A DNA stretch of 64,000 nucleotides. It comes from Lama glama (lineage: Eukaryota). The position numbers and the translations under genes are program-made. The stretch is taken from assembly GCA_028534125.1 (NCBI GenBank), contig CM052817.1, positions 25,422,001 through 25,486,000 of the forward strand, written 5' to 3'. The notes under the pieces are model-generated. The model saw only the letters and a list, made by a program, of their open reading frames with translations. It was not told the origin of the DNA and searched no databases. This document shows positions 26,008 to 38,450 of this stretch, one piece after another (within the stretch, counting starts at the first letter, position 1; every line of letters starts with the position of its first letter).

Positions 26008-26485
26008 GGGTCCGGGCCGGGCGGGGCCGAGGGCTCCCGGGCGGAGGGCGCCGGGAGGGGGCGCGGGTGGGGACTCCGGGCAGAGCGGGGGGCGATGGGC
26101 GGGGGCTCCGGGGCGGGGGCCGCGCCGTGCACGCCCAGCCCCACGGCCGCACCGCGCCTCGCGGGACAGGTTGGGCCGGCGGGGCGGCGCCCGGCTCCGG
26201 GGAATAATGAGTGTCTGTCAGGCCGTCCCCGGGTGACTGGGCGGGGCGGGGCGGAGGCGGCGCGGGAGGCGGGGGTGGCGGGGGAAGGGCTCAGGGCGGG
26301 GTGCGTGTTTGCGCGAGTGACTCGGCCGACCCCTCCGGCGGCTGCCTCCACCCAAGTGGGTGGGGACCCGCCCAGCCCGGGCGGCCGCGGCGGCTCCCTC
26401 TCCCCTCCCTGACCCTCCCACCCCGGGTCCCAGCCTCTACTTACCCCGCCAGCCCCGGGAGGCTCGCAGAGCGAGCGGCGCCGGC

Positions 26486-26755
26486 GTCATGTGACTGCCC
26501 GGAGTTGGTGCCAGGAGCCAGAGGGGAGCCAGGAGCGGAGCCGCGCGGAGCCGGGGCCTGAGCTGGAGCGCAGCGCGAGCGCCCGCCGAGCCGAGCCGCG
26601 CCAGCCGCACGCGCGCCCGTTCCCGTCCCCTGCGGCCGCCACCGCCAACGCCACCCGGACTGGAGCGCTGACACCACTGCGTCCGCGGGGTTCCAGGCAG
26701 CCCGGATCCGGGCCTTTATTCCTTGCCTGCAGCGGTCAGCACCGCGCCTCGAAAA
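26486..26755 (+). other. KLF3: KLF3 non-coding exon 1 (1a); start approximate
   Basis: Consensus donor GAAAA|GTAAGT (GT at 26756) inside the CpG island. The 5' boundary is inferred and not fixable from sequence. Confidence 0.7.
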
Positions 26756-29700
26756 GTAAGTCCCCTCTCCCTCACCTTTCCTTCTCGCCTCGAGTCTCGT
26801 TGCCCCCCTTGTCGGCTCGTCGGATTTCCCTTTTTTTCCACGGTGGGGGCGCGCAGTAAATGGGTTGGGGGTGCAGCGGGGAGGTGGGGGCGCCCGTGGG
26901 CTTGGGAAAGTGCAACAGCTCCTCGGAGCCGGGGGGTGGGGGTGGAGAAGAGGAGAGGGGGAGGGGGGCCCTGGGTTCAGCGGTGGAAAGTGTGGGATTG
27001 GGGGGAGTCACCGTGCGGCTCCGCGGGCGCGGGGAAACCAGGCCGGCGGCGCCCGCCGCGGCCCGGGATAGGACGCGGGCGGGGGCTCACCTGTGTGGTC
27101 CCCTGACCGCCACCCGCCCGCCCGCTCGCGATTCCCTCCAAAGCCCAGAAATCTCAGAGCTCTCCGCGTGTGGCAACGTTGTTTGGAGAAAGGTAGCGCC
27201 GAGGCCGCGCGCTCCTGCTCCTCCCCCTCTGGTCCCCCACCCCCCGCGCCCTCCTCCTCCCCGCCCTCCGCCGGCGCCCCCCGCCGCCCCCCTCCTCTAA
27301 CGGGGCGCGCTGTCGCTCACCCGCCGCCCGAGCAAACTTGGAGCAGCCTCGCGGGCCTCTGGGAAGAAACTTGGGGCAATTGGGAGTGGAGGCAGCATCC
27401 AGTTCTTGGTTCTGGAGGCCAGGAGCAGGCAGGGCGTCTGGATCCCCGGGGGCAGGAGAAGGAGCTGACGGGGTTTGGAGAGTCCTCCTCGGGGGCACGG
27501 AGAGAACCTGCCGCAGTGTCTGGAGCGAAGATTGCAGCGTGGCTGGAGGCGGAGAACGCCTTAGGCGACTGCCTGCAGTGTTAGGGACCCGAGCCGGGTG
27601 GGGACCGAGGGACACGGATCCCTGGACCCAGGCCCTCGGGACCTAGGATCTACCTTTCCGAGTGACTTTCTTGGAGATGGCATATAGTACCTGGAATTGT
27701 CATAGCTACTTCTTTGGCAAATAGCAGGGAGAACACTCTATTTGACTTTAAATTTTACAGCAATATACAATAACACTAGATGAAGAACGCTGAAAGGGAC
27801 TTATTTTTTTCCTGAGGCAGGTTAAACGGAAATTAGTAATTGCTCTCCTTGTATTTCACTAAGATAAAGATTTTACTGAATTTTTTAACCAACTCAGAAT
27901 GTATTTTTCCATTAATGTCACCCAAGACACTTTAAATATTGATTATATTCTCACAAGAGTCTGGTATACGGAGAAAAGTATGAAGTGGTATTCTGACTTC
28001 ATTTAGATTTAGTATCTGTAATTATGAAGCAAAATCAAGTGGGGAATAGGGCAGTTGTTCGTTACAGGTTATTCCACAGAACAATTTTGTGCTGTCTTTT
28101 TCTGAGTGCTTTAGTTATGAATTTGAGAAGAATTTTTTTTAATAGACATACATCTGGATGATAATCTGCCTAGTCCAAGAGAAGACTTGCTTTTAGGGGA
28201 AAAAAACAATCTGATAGCATTAGCATCTCCAAAATTTTGCGAGTTAGTATTTTTAAAAGGAACGGTGGATGAAAGAGTTTCTTGTGGCTTGAAACATGGA
28301 GTATGTGAGTTGACCTTATTCTGTTAACAGAAAGCTGAAATGAGATGTTTGATTAATTTAAACTCCTCAGAGAAGGTGATACCTCAATTTCTACCGGCAG
28401 TGGGGTTTGCTGCAGAACTGTTAGAAGAAAGAAGTATAAATGGGTGAGTTCAATGAAGATAGACTGTAAGGAGCATTCTGCTTGCATGAAGGAGAATGCA
28501 AGTACATATATCCTAGTGGGAAAATAACAAAGAAAAGTAGCTACTTCGACCACAGAACCTTGTCAGATGTGAAATATGGCAACACAGCTTTGGAGAAAGC
28601 TATTGTTTTTTTCACAGCAAAGTTTCTAAATTAAAACCTAATCTTCTGGTCGCTATGGACACAGTGATGCCTTTCTTTTCTTTTCTTTTCTTTTTACCTG
28701 TAGTTCTGTCTGTACAATCTCTGCTAATGGAAACCTGAGTTAAATAGTCCTACCTAACAAAATAAAGAGCAATAGTGGGGAAAGGATTATGAGTGTATTT
28801 TACTGCCTTAAAAAATACCTAACGGAAAATAGACATTTTAGGATATCTTAGAAAAATTGATACTCTGTTGTACAGGTTGTATAACAATTTTGGATTAAAT
28901 GAAATGTCAGGAACAGAATCACATTCTCAAAAAACGTAGATGTGTGTGCATGTAGAACAGATGTGCAGCTGTGTGCAAATAGGTTTGTAATTATGCAGCT
29001 GAAAAAGACTGGACATTTGGGGTGACTCTAGACATCCCATACTCTTTGTCTTGGAATTTAGTTCTGTGGTTACAGTTGGTCCCGTTTCAGTTATGTGGTC
29101 CCCAGTGTCTTCTAAATTCTCAGCAGCAGAGCGCTCTCTTCATTTGCCTCCTGATGCTCTAAGGCTGAACAGTAATCATCACCCTAACCCAGAGTTTGAT
29201 CATGGCTAGAGACCAGACATTGGGATGGGGGAGAAAGAGACAAAAGAAATCGGTAGGAGGCTGGTGTTAATTAGGAAGGTCTATGCTGCTTGAATATGAT
29301 AAAATCACATGTTCACTTTTGATGTTTACTGTATGTGGAAGCACCTATTTGTAAATAGGGCAGATCCCCTGTATAAAGCTGGTGTTATTATTCACACCCA
29401 TAGAACAAACACCTCCACCCCCCTGTTGTTGTCTTAAAAAACTCCAGCTGCTCATGAATATAGGGTCAGGGAGGGCCGGCTAAATGTTTCTCTGTGCTTT
29501 CTCTCCAGCACAGCCAGCAGAGCTGTTTCCTGTTCTTTGTTTCAAGGCTGGGGTTTGCGTCATACATTCCAAGTGGCATATGTGTGCTCTTTCCTGTTTC
29601 AGGCTGTTTTCTGGTAGATCAGTAGCCCAGACCAGGCCATGCTCCCTGCCCCTCAACTCCCTATCCCCACCCAGGGAGTTATCATGTCTCTACACACTTG

Positions 29701-32700
29701 TGATTGCTTAAGATGCCTGTGTTATGTCATAATGAGAAGTCAGTTAACCTTCTTTTATACACCCTTGCTCCAGTGTATTTATATGGTGAATAAAATACTT
29801 TTACCTTTTTTAGTTCATCATTGCCAACTTGTGATTTTAAGAAATGTGTGTGCATATTGGCTAGAAATCTGAAGAAGGTTTTTTTGTTTGTTTGTTTTTC
29901 ATTCTTGTTTTGAGATGGGTAGAGTGTTTTGAGATAATCATTTTGCCCTAAGCTGTCAATTTTAGGATGGGGTTACCACCTTAGAGTTAGAAGACCTTGC
30001 GTTATTTGAAAGATGTGGCATTTAACACAGGACCCGGAAGGCACAGGAGGCTTCGTGGGATGGAGATCTCAGGCAGTTCTTGGCAGCATGGGCTGACTTG
30101 AAAGTCTTGCTTTTGTTTTAAGGAAGAAATCTTGTATTGAAGCAAAATATGAGATACATTAAGAGCATTCCAGGATTATTTCTTTTTAAGGACAAAGATT
30201 TAAATACTAGATTTTTTTTTAAGGAAAAAGATTTTTACTGTATTCTCCATCTGATTTTCAAACTGTTTTAAGAATAAAACCTCAAAAAAAAAAAGGAGAA
30301 CTGGAAATAAGTTCATTTAATGGTAGTTTGGAAATTTTTAGTCTTATATTTTGAAAACAGGAGAATGCTCTTATTTTTATTGTTTTACAATAACAACTTT
30401 CTCATACTCCTCACTCCCCCGCCCCTTTGGGTATATTCTGTCAGTTGTGAGTTAGCAAATTTCTGGGTTAACTATTTAAAGCCTTTAACAAATTACTTTT
30501 CTCTTGGTTCTCCAGCAGTTAAGTTTTAAGAAATGGTTGGAAAAGAAAACTTATGGCAAGTTTGTTTTTTTGAACTTCTTATTTGGGGATCTTCTCTAAA
30601 ATCTAAAGGAATTAACTACAGCGTCCCCTAAAGTGGAGTCAGTTGGAAGAGTTGCTAAAGGGAGCACGTCAGACCCTGTTCTTCCCAAAATTGATAGTAA
30701 CACTGCTTTGGTTTAAAGTCTCGTCCCACCACATTTTTTCTTTATGGATAAAAGAACATTATATTAATTATTATTGTATGTTAATTACTATTACATATTA
30801 ATATCAATAACATCATAATAGCATGCTAGTAAGAAAGCTACTAGGGTTAAATAGTAAGATATTGATAACCTTCCATGAAAAAAGATAGGAGTATTGGAAA
30901 GTTTCAGTATGATTTTTTTCTTCTTCTTCTTTGCAGGAAGCAAACTTAAAATAATATAAAGCTGCTGGTAGGACAAGAGGCCTTTAAAGCAAATTCATAA
31001 GTAACCCAAACTAAAGCAAGATTTTTTGTTTTAGTTCCAAAGTTGTTAATAATCCAACTAGATTTGGATCTTTGATCTTTATTCTGCTTACCCCAAATCA
31101 TTTTTTCCTCCCCATTTTTGGGGAGAGGGAGGTGGTTAATAGAGATGATTAGAATCTAATATATTCTATCAGAAAAAAATTCTGCAAGCTTTTAAATGTA
31201 ATCTAAACACTTGGAGAAAAATGTACCAGTCTGATAGTTACTATAATTACAAAAAGGGAATGGGGACAATAGTTTTCATCTCTTAACCATGTAAATCATT
31301 TTTCCTAGTTCAATATAATTTTATCTCCATCCCCCCTTTAGATATTTGCCTTCTTAATGTGTCCAAATCAACATTTTTTTTTGCTGTAAAATGAACAGTT
31401 TTCTTAGGGGGTATTTCTTACTCTCTGTTTTCACACCCAGATAGCTGGTTTGCTAATATTCCAGTCAAAATTCATCTTGAGTGAGTTGGAAAGGAAAGAT
31501 TATGGTGGCTTTTAGCATTCTCATTTTCAAGCCTGCTCTGTCCCTTTCTTAGACCCCGTCTCTCCTCTGAAGCAGTAATGCCAGAGCTCGAGACAGGAAG
31601 CCAGACAGCAGTCTGCCCTGATAAGGGAGAGCGTTGTCTAAAGGAGGTAGCCCTGCTCCCCCTACCCGTGCCCCACCAACTCTCCTTCCTTGGAATTTAG
31701 TAGTAATAAAAGACACAATGCTATAGACAGTTTCTGAACCAGAACTGGTACTGTTGTCTCCCTAAGCAAAAAAATATACATAGCCTTTTAATTGGCTCTG
31801 TGCATTTTGTGGAATGTCATCATAGTTCAGTGGAACAGAAAAAAAAATTGTCAGTATATTTTGTATCTGTCGGTCAGAGTGTTTAACACTCAGAGTAAAG
31901 TTCTTTCTCTAGCAAAGCAGGTTGCTGGAGCTATTTGAAACTTACTCCATTGTGTTGGCCGGCAGAATACATTATCATTTCCCCCATCTCATTATTAAGG
32001 GAAGCTGGAGACCGAATGGAGTAAGTGAAGTGGCCCTTCAGCCCATGCATCTGTGTGACCCTGGGTCTAGCTCTTTCCCTCTTCCAGGAAGGGGGTGCTT
32101 TCTGAAACAGTCCCCTTCCAGGAGGACTCTGAAGAGCCCACCTTAGCTTGGAACATGCCCAAGATGGTTTCCCATCTCCGGAGGCCTGGGGATCTCCAGG
32201 GATGGCCTGGAGCTAGTCTCAACCCAGATCAGTGGAGTCTGGCCAAATCTAGAGAGAAGCAATCCAGTGGACTTGGAGGCAGCACATTCTACCCTGGAGA
32301 GCGACCCGTGATCAAGTGTGGGTCCTTTCTCCTTTGGCCCACTCGGTCTTCATTCTCCCAACTACCGTTCTGAATCTAATCCCTGAAATCCACTCCTTTA
32401 TCTCTTCTTGTACTTTATACCTGGGTACCTTCCAGAGCTTTGCACCCTAAAACCATGTTCATTAGTAAGTTCGAGTTCCTGTTCCACTTAGTTCTCCAAA
32501 CAAGGGAGTTTTGTCTCCCAAGCCTCCCGAGCAAACTTTTCACAGTTGCTTTGTGTTTCAGGTTTTAGAATATGATTTTCAGGCTAGCTGCACTAATTTT
32601 CCTGGTGCAACACCTGTCGTACAGTCACTCCGAGGCCCCTGCCTTTTGTTTTATCCTAGCAGGTGAGAAGGGTAGTTTGACATCCATTCATTTATTCATC

Positions 32701-32959
32701 TCACAAGTATTTATTGAGCACCTACTCATTAGCGCTAATCTCAGATTGCGTGCAGTCATTATGCTTAGTTATGCCACATGATGGAGGAGGTCCAGGGTGA
32801 TCCAACCTGAAAAGTCATTTTGAAATCTTAATTGTCCGCTGGAACCTCCCCATGGCACCGCCTCCCTTGGGCAGTATGGCCCCACACACGTCCCACACCC
32901 TTGGCACTGGGGGAGCAACCCACGTATAAGACAGTTTTACTTAAAAGCAGGTCCCATGG

Positions 32960-33170
32960 CACAGTGTTAAGCAGAACAGAAAGAGCCCTGGGTCTGCAGG
33001 CTGACGCACTTCTGTTCTTGGCTGCAGCTCCAACCAGCTCTTTGAATTTGGGCTAGTCATTTCACCTCTGTTCCTCCATTTCCTCATTTCTAAAATGGGG
33101 ATGAGGACCTGACCCTTCCACCTTTGTACAGTTATTATGAGGATTTCCGTATTTACTTGGGTAAAGCTGC
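32960..33170. mobile_element. MIR SINE
   Basis: TTGGGCTAGTCATTTCACCTCTG..TTTCCTCATTTCTAAAATGGGGATGA. Confidence 0.65.
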
Positions 33171-33449
33171 CAGTTTTTTCTGAGCAGTTTTATGGACCAG
33201 TTGCAGGTGCATTGGCTAGGAACAATAATAGCCTAATTTGGGGGCCTTCAGAATGTGTCTTTTGATGTTGTGTCCAAGCGTGCCCTGGGGGAGAGGGGGA
33301 GAAGCTGGGGCCAGTGGGGAGGAATTGAGATCGCCGCTGTTGTAAATCCACTGCCCCGGCCCCAGTCCTCCCTGGACAGATCTGTCTGCAGAAATCTCTA
33401 TCCCGCTGTTGCGGAGTGTTGTCCTCTGCAGGGGCAGGTAGTAGAGTGG

Positions 33450-33650
33450 AGTGCCAAGTTCACCACCAGCCTTGAAGTCAGACTCCTTTGGGTTCGAATC
33501 CCAGCTCTACAGCTTTAACAACTGTGTGCTCTTGGACAGATTGCTTTACCTCTCTGTTTCAGTGTTCTCATCATCTCATCAGTTAAATAGAAAAGTAGTA
33601 CCTCCCCATCTCATAGGCGTGAAATGACACAGTCCATATAAAGAATAGCA
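33450..33650. mobile_element. MIR SINE
   Basis: GGGTTCGAATCCCAGCTCT..ACTGTGTGCTCTTGGACAGATTGCTTTACCTCTCTGTTTCAGT. Confidence 0.7.
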
Positions 33651-33766
33651 CCCAGAGATTGCCAGTCATGAAAGTAGTGATGATCAGGAAACTTGAACAT
33701 CACTGAGCCCCTGGCTTTCCTTGGTCAAGAGAAGTAGCCTTTAAAAAAGAAATAGTGTTTGTCATG

Positions 33767-33799
33767 CACACACACACACACCTTCTTCTTCTTCTTCTT
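33767..33799. repeat. Compound (CA)n/(CTT)n microsatellite
   Basis: CACACACACACACAC followed by CTTCTTCTTCTTCTTCTT. Confidence 0.8.
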
Positions 33800-35157
33800 G
33801 AAATAGCTTCTTCTTCTCTCTTTGCTTTTTTTTTTAGGCCTTAAAACAGTAGGAACCTTGATACTAGATAGTTCAGAAGAGCTCTCTGGGTAGGTAAAAA
33901 AAAAAAAAACCTCTTTGAGGATGATGCTTGATAAGGTCTCTGGAGAACGCGGAACAGGCAAGGTTAAGGTTAGGAGCAATACCTTATTCTGAGGAAGTTT
34001 GGTTTAATAGGTTTCCTTTAGGTTAGGCCCCCTCACCCCTATTACTTGTTTCAGGGAGATTTCAAGTGCATTCTAAGGGAAAAGGAAGTGACTAGAACTC
34101 CTGGGCCCCAAGTACTTTTGTATTTGATCTTTATGCCTGACAAAAACAACCTTCGTGAACATGCCTGATCTCCTTTGGGAAGTGGGAGGGAGCTTCTCTA
34201 AGGAGGTGTAAGGTGCCCCTGCCCTTCACTCCAGCGGGGCCGACCTTTGAGAAAGTTAAAAGCCCAGCCTATCTAGGTAAGAAGGGCAGCCTCAGAACGG
34301 CCAGGGAGCGGTCAGCTGGCTGCAGAGAGTGGGGAGGGCCTTGAGCTGGTCTTTGAAGAATTAGGAGGATTTAGATAAGCCGGAAGGGGACGGGCATTCC
34401 ACACCGGTTGCCCAGCATCTGGGCCAAAAATGAACAAAGGCATGGAGGGTGGGAGGGGGACCCAGGGCCGCCAGCGTGGAGGGTGCCTGCTGGAGCAGGG
34501 GCAGCTGGTAGGGAAGGGGTGCTGCGCCCAGGCACTTGAGCCCACTCTGCAAGCCCTTGGGGTCCCATCGGAGGGAGGTTTGGGAGCTTGGGAAAGGCTA
34601 GCTGAGAAGAGGACTTTGAGGACTGCAGGTGGCAAAGGGGTCAGGATGGATCGGAGGGGCCACGGGACAGGCTTGGGGAGACCCCAGTAACAGGCTTGAG
34701 GCACTGAGGGTCTGGCCACACCTGTGGCAACAGTAGAAATGGAGAGAAAAGTTGGTGAGGAAGACTTAAAAGATGACCTCTAGGTTGCCATGACAAGTGA
34801 CCAGAAAACAAGGCAAATAAAGGAGGTGGGGGCAGCCTTTTCAGGACAGGAGCAAGAGTGGAGAGGGGGACTTGGGTTTGGGATACTTTGGATTCGTTTT
34901 CCTTACACAGCGGTGGCTCCAAATGCTTTTCTGTTTGTTGACTTTTGAGGGGGAGGGCAGTTCTATCCAGAGGTTCTGTGGCTCGGCAAGAGGCCCTGGT
35001 AGTGGGGCATCCTCAGGGGCTGCGGGAAACACAACCACCACTTCTTTCTGGTTATTTTTGAGGTTCCAGCCGCCTCTGCTCCTGCTCAGGCTGGAATTTC
35101 CAGGAACTGGCAGCTGACCAGAGCCAGTGGGTCCCTCCCAGCCTCCCACTCCCTGCA

Positions 35158-35330
35158 GGGTGCGGCCCCATGGGTGGAGGCCCCTTAGGGCGGAGTGGGG
35201 TGGGTCTGCAGCGATAGGGCGCCCGGCGGGGAGGCAGATGAGGCGTGGCCCCGCGCAGCCCTTCTGGATTTGATTATATAACGCTCCACGGAAGAGACTC
35301 GTGAGGGCTGAGGCCGGCCTTGTAAGACAT
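35158..35330 (+). promoter_or_regulatory. Intronic CpG-rich element with SP/KLF boxes and TATA-like box (candidate enhancer or alternative promoter)
   Basis: GGGTGCGG 35158, GGGTGG 35172, GGGCGGAGT 35188, GGGGTGGG 35197, GGCGTGGC 35242, TATATAA 35275-35281, CGGAAG 35289. Confidence 0.5.
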
Positions 35331-37562
35331 GTGTGCAGCGGGGTTACACAGGAGGGGTAATTTTCAATTGGTTGGGGGTTACTGGCCCTTAAAACTCAAA
35401 TACAAAGTTGTCAGACAGGGTGAAGGAGGAAAATGAGTAACCTTAGTAGGGGAGATCATTAGTGTTTGCTAAGATTTCTTTAAGAAAAATGTGGAATGCC
35501 ACTCGCCGGGTGGCCGTGGACTTGAGAGGTTAGCTAATGGGTATGGGTTTGGGTTCCCCTCCCCCCACCCCTGCTTTGCGGGGCCCCTGTCTGGAAATGT
35601 GGAGGGAGTTTGCTTGGTGGCTACCTTTGCACCTGTCCTTATTGACATGCAAAATCAATTGCTTCACTTGGTCTTTCCGAAGTACAGGGTGTGGGCAGAA
35701 TCTTATCTGAAGCCATGTCCTGTTTGGACAAGTTGGGCTGCCTTGGCAAGTCTCCATAGGGTGGAGCAGATGGGTGGAGGCAGGAAAGTAAAATTGGGTG
35801 GCTTGTTAGGCGGGAGAGGAGAGAGGGCGGATTGTTTGCTCATGGATCATTATATTTAATCTGAAACTAAATAATTAACTTCTTTCCCATTTACAAAACA
35901 TTTTGATGCAAAATAACTAATTTATGAGGGGTACAAAGACTTAGAAATACTCCCTGGAATTTTCTCCCTCAAACCAACAATAGGAAACCGGGGTAGGAGA
36001 AGATCATCACTGAGTGACATGAAAACGCGACTCTCTTCCAGGTAGGTGCCAGCATTTGGCTCTTCTGAAAGGAGGTTCCCACTTAGAAATGCCTGCTTAC
36101 ATCTGTTGCCCGGCCCTTTGTATTTCTGGCCTAGGCAACTGCCATTAAATATTCAACTCTTGGAAGAGTTTGGGTACGGAAGTGAAGAAAAGTTCCTTTT
36201 GGAAAGGAAGTTGAGCTGCAGGGATGTTGCCTTCCTGCCCTGGCCCTCCTTCTGACCAAGAATTACACACACATACAGAGATTTTTATTTTTATTTTTTT
36301 AAATTTTCTCCCTGAATTTCCTTGGGGAAATAAGGGGTGGGGGGTGGCAACATTCTCCCCTCCTTTAACATCCAGACACTTGGGAGAGTTGAAAAGGGCA
36401 CTTACAGGTGTGTTGGTTTAATCATCTTGATTTTCTCCTTACACCTGGCTGAGGTCAGCTAGAAAATAAAGATGTGCAGGAGGGAGGCAGGTAGTCTAGA
36501 GCCTTAGGGTCAGGCTGGGCTGTGGGAGAAGAATGCAGGGGCCCTTTGAGGAGCTGAGGAAAGAAAGACATGCAAAGTGCAATAAAAGAGAGATGAGAAG
36601 GGAAAATGTCAGAAGCAAATCCTGATACATCACCCAGAAACTTTGCTTCAGATACACACACTGTCTCCTCAACCCGCACCATACACCTCTGTCTGTCTGT
36701 GTCTCTTTGTCATGCTTCTTAAGGAAGGGGCCGTCATTTATAAGGTTGTTTCTGTAATAAAACAGAATGCTGTAGCTTCAAGACAAACTACTTTCAAAGG
36801 AGGCTGGCCACATCATAACCTCCTCTTACATGAAGGCCTGTGTGTATTTCTAAGCTCTGCAGCTCCTTTGTACCCTCATGAAGCAGCTGTGGAGTAGGCC
36901 TCGTGGAGGGCTGAATAGGACAGTGTGAGGCTGAACAGTATCGCGTATGAAACGTCATGTAAATGATTCACCAAAGCTTTTTAAGACATAAGCACACGGT
37001 TGTGCATCTTAGCAAAAATCTGATCCTCATATGTCAAAAGACATCTGAAAAGTCAGAAGTATAAGTGGAGAGAGTGTCAAGGGAAATCTGTTTCTTCCTT
37101 TTGGAGGAAAATTCAGTTGTATTGGCCCTTCCCAGCAAAATAACACAGTTGGGGAAGATGAAGTCTGCTCCAGGGATGGAAAATTATTTTGGCAATGGTG
37201 ATGTTCATATTTTTTTGCTTTTCAACACTTTGATGAATTGTGTTTTGTTTTGTTTTTGTTTTTTTAATACCAGTGTGGCTCCGTTTTTCTCTTTACAGTG
37301 CGGTTGTGTTATCCTTGGGTTGATTAGTTTAGAATGTTATGTCTCCTAAGCTACTGAAACATAACTAAGAAGTAAATGTGTTAATGATTGGAAAATAGTT
37401 GTAAGAAAAACAGAATCGCATTTGGGGGCCTCCTCATCTGTGTGATACCCACATAAGATGGTTAACAGAATTCCTGAGCTTAGCTACAACCCACTAGGTT
37501 TAAAGACCCTGACATTGGCAACTCAGTTTACTGCCTGGGTCCTCATCTTTATTCCTGTTTTA

Positions 37563-37581
37563 GTGCGCCACCTACTGGTTC
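37563..37581 (-). promoter_or_regulatory. Candidate CTCF site
   Basis: Minus strand reads AACCAGTAGGTGGCGCAC, close to the CTCF core CCA(C/G)(C/T)AG(G/A)(G/T)GGCGC. Confidence 0.6.
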
Positions 37582-38334
37582 TACTTAGGATTGCGATCAG
37601 TATTGTGCAATAATTAATTTCTATAGCATTTGTAGTTTACTTAGCATTCTTTTAATGTGATGGTAATATCCCCTTAGCACTGAGTTGCCCATGTATGACA
37701 AAAGCCACTAGGTTTAGGAACGCCAGTTCTTCCAGTGTGTGACTTACTTCTCAGTTATATGGGAGGCATTTTGGAAACATTGCAGTCACCCTTTTCTGAT
37801 TCTAGAACAGAACCCAAAGACAAGATCAGTGCTGGTGGCAAAAGTGGTCTATTCAGAGGTAGACACAGGTACAGAATCTGGACATTTTCTGCAAATAAAA
37901 GCCTGATTTGTGTTAATGCATTTGATTCTCGTCCTAATTTGGGTTTCCCTCTAGCTTAACTTCCCTCTCTCATTTTTATTAAAAGTTTTAATCATAGATT
38001 TAATGAATTTTAAAATGGGCAATAGGTGTGTATAAAGCTGCACTCACCCCCCTCCCCCACCTCTCCCAAGAAGCTCTTGTTAAAGGTTAGGGTGCATTTT
38101 TTTTTCCACAGCCTTCTTGTTCCACATACTATAATTATCCCTAAAAGTATGATCAGTCATTTTAGAAGCTATCAAATTGGGGACAAAGTGCTGTTTAAGC
38201 TTGTGAATGGACAGTGAGTTTGGTTCTGTTCATAGTGATTCTCTTCCTAAATTGGGTTTTGAATTTTACAAGGACTTTTTATTGTCCAGTGATGCATTAT
38301 TTAGTTAGGAGTTTCAAAATGAAGTGTTCTAAAT

Positions 38335-38450
38335 GAATATATGTATGTATATGCGTGACTGGGGCATTGTGCTGTACGCCAGAAACTGACACATTGTAAC
38401 TGATGGTACTTCAATTAAAAAAAAAAAATCGTGGTCAAATACAAAAAAAA
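38335..38450 (+). mobile_element. Short L1 3'-end insertion with double poly(A) tail
   Basis: L1 tail + A12 + TCGTGGTCAAATAC + second A-run; TSD 17/19 identical at 38316-38334 / 38451-38469. Confidence 0.8.

Larger units (their letters stand above)
25230..27650. promoter_or_regulatory. KLF3: CpG island / KLF3 promoter
   Basis: ~2.4 kb of very high GC and CpG density with many GGGCGG/CACCC boxes, upstream of the KLF3 coding exons and containing a strong donor AAA|GTAAGT. Confidence 0.92.

Noticed and set aside
26723..26755. TTG-initiated 24-aa in-frame N-terminal extension via exon 1a
   Set aside because: The frame is open back to TGA 26669, but the TTG context (TCC-TTG-C) is poor.
25105..27646. 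Many long overlapping ORFs on both strands (up to 231 aa)
   Set aside because: Expected from stop-codon scarcity in a CpG island; low-complexity G/P/A/R products. Only frames that link to exon 2 by a donor were kept as speculative findings.
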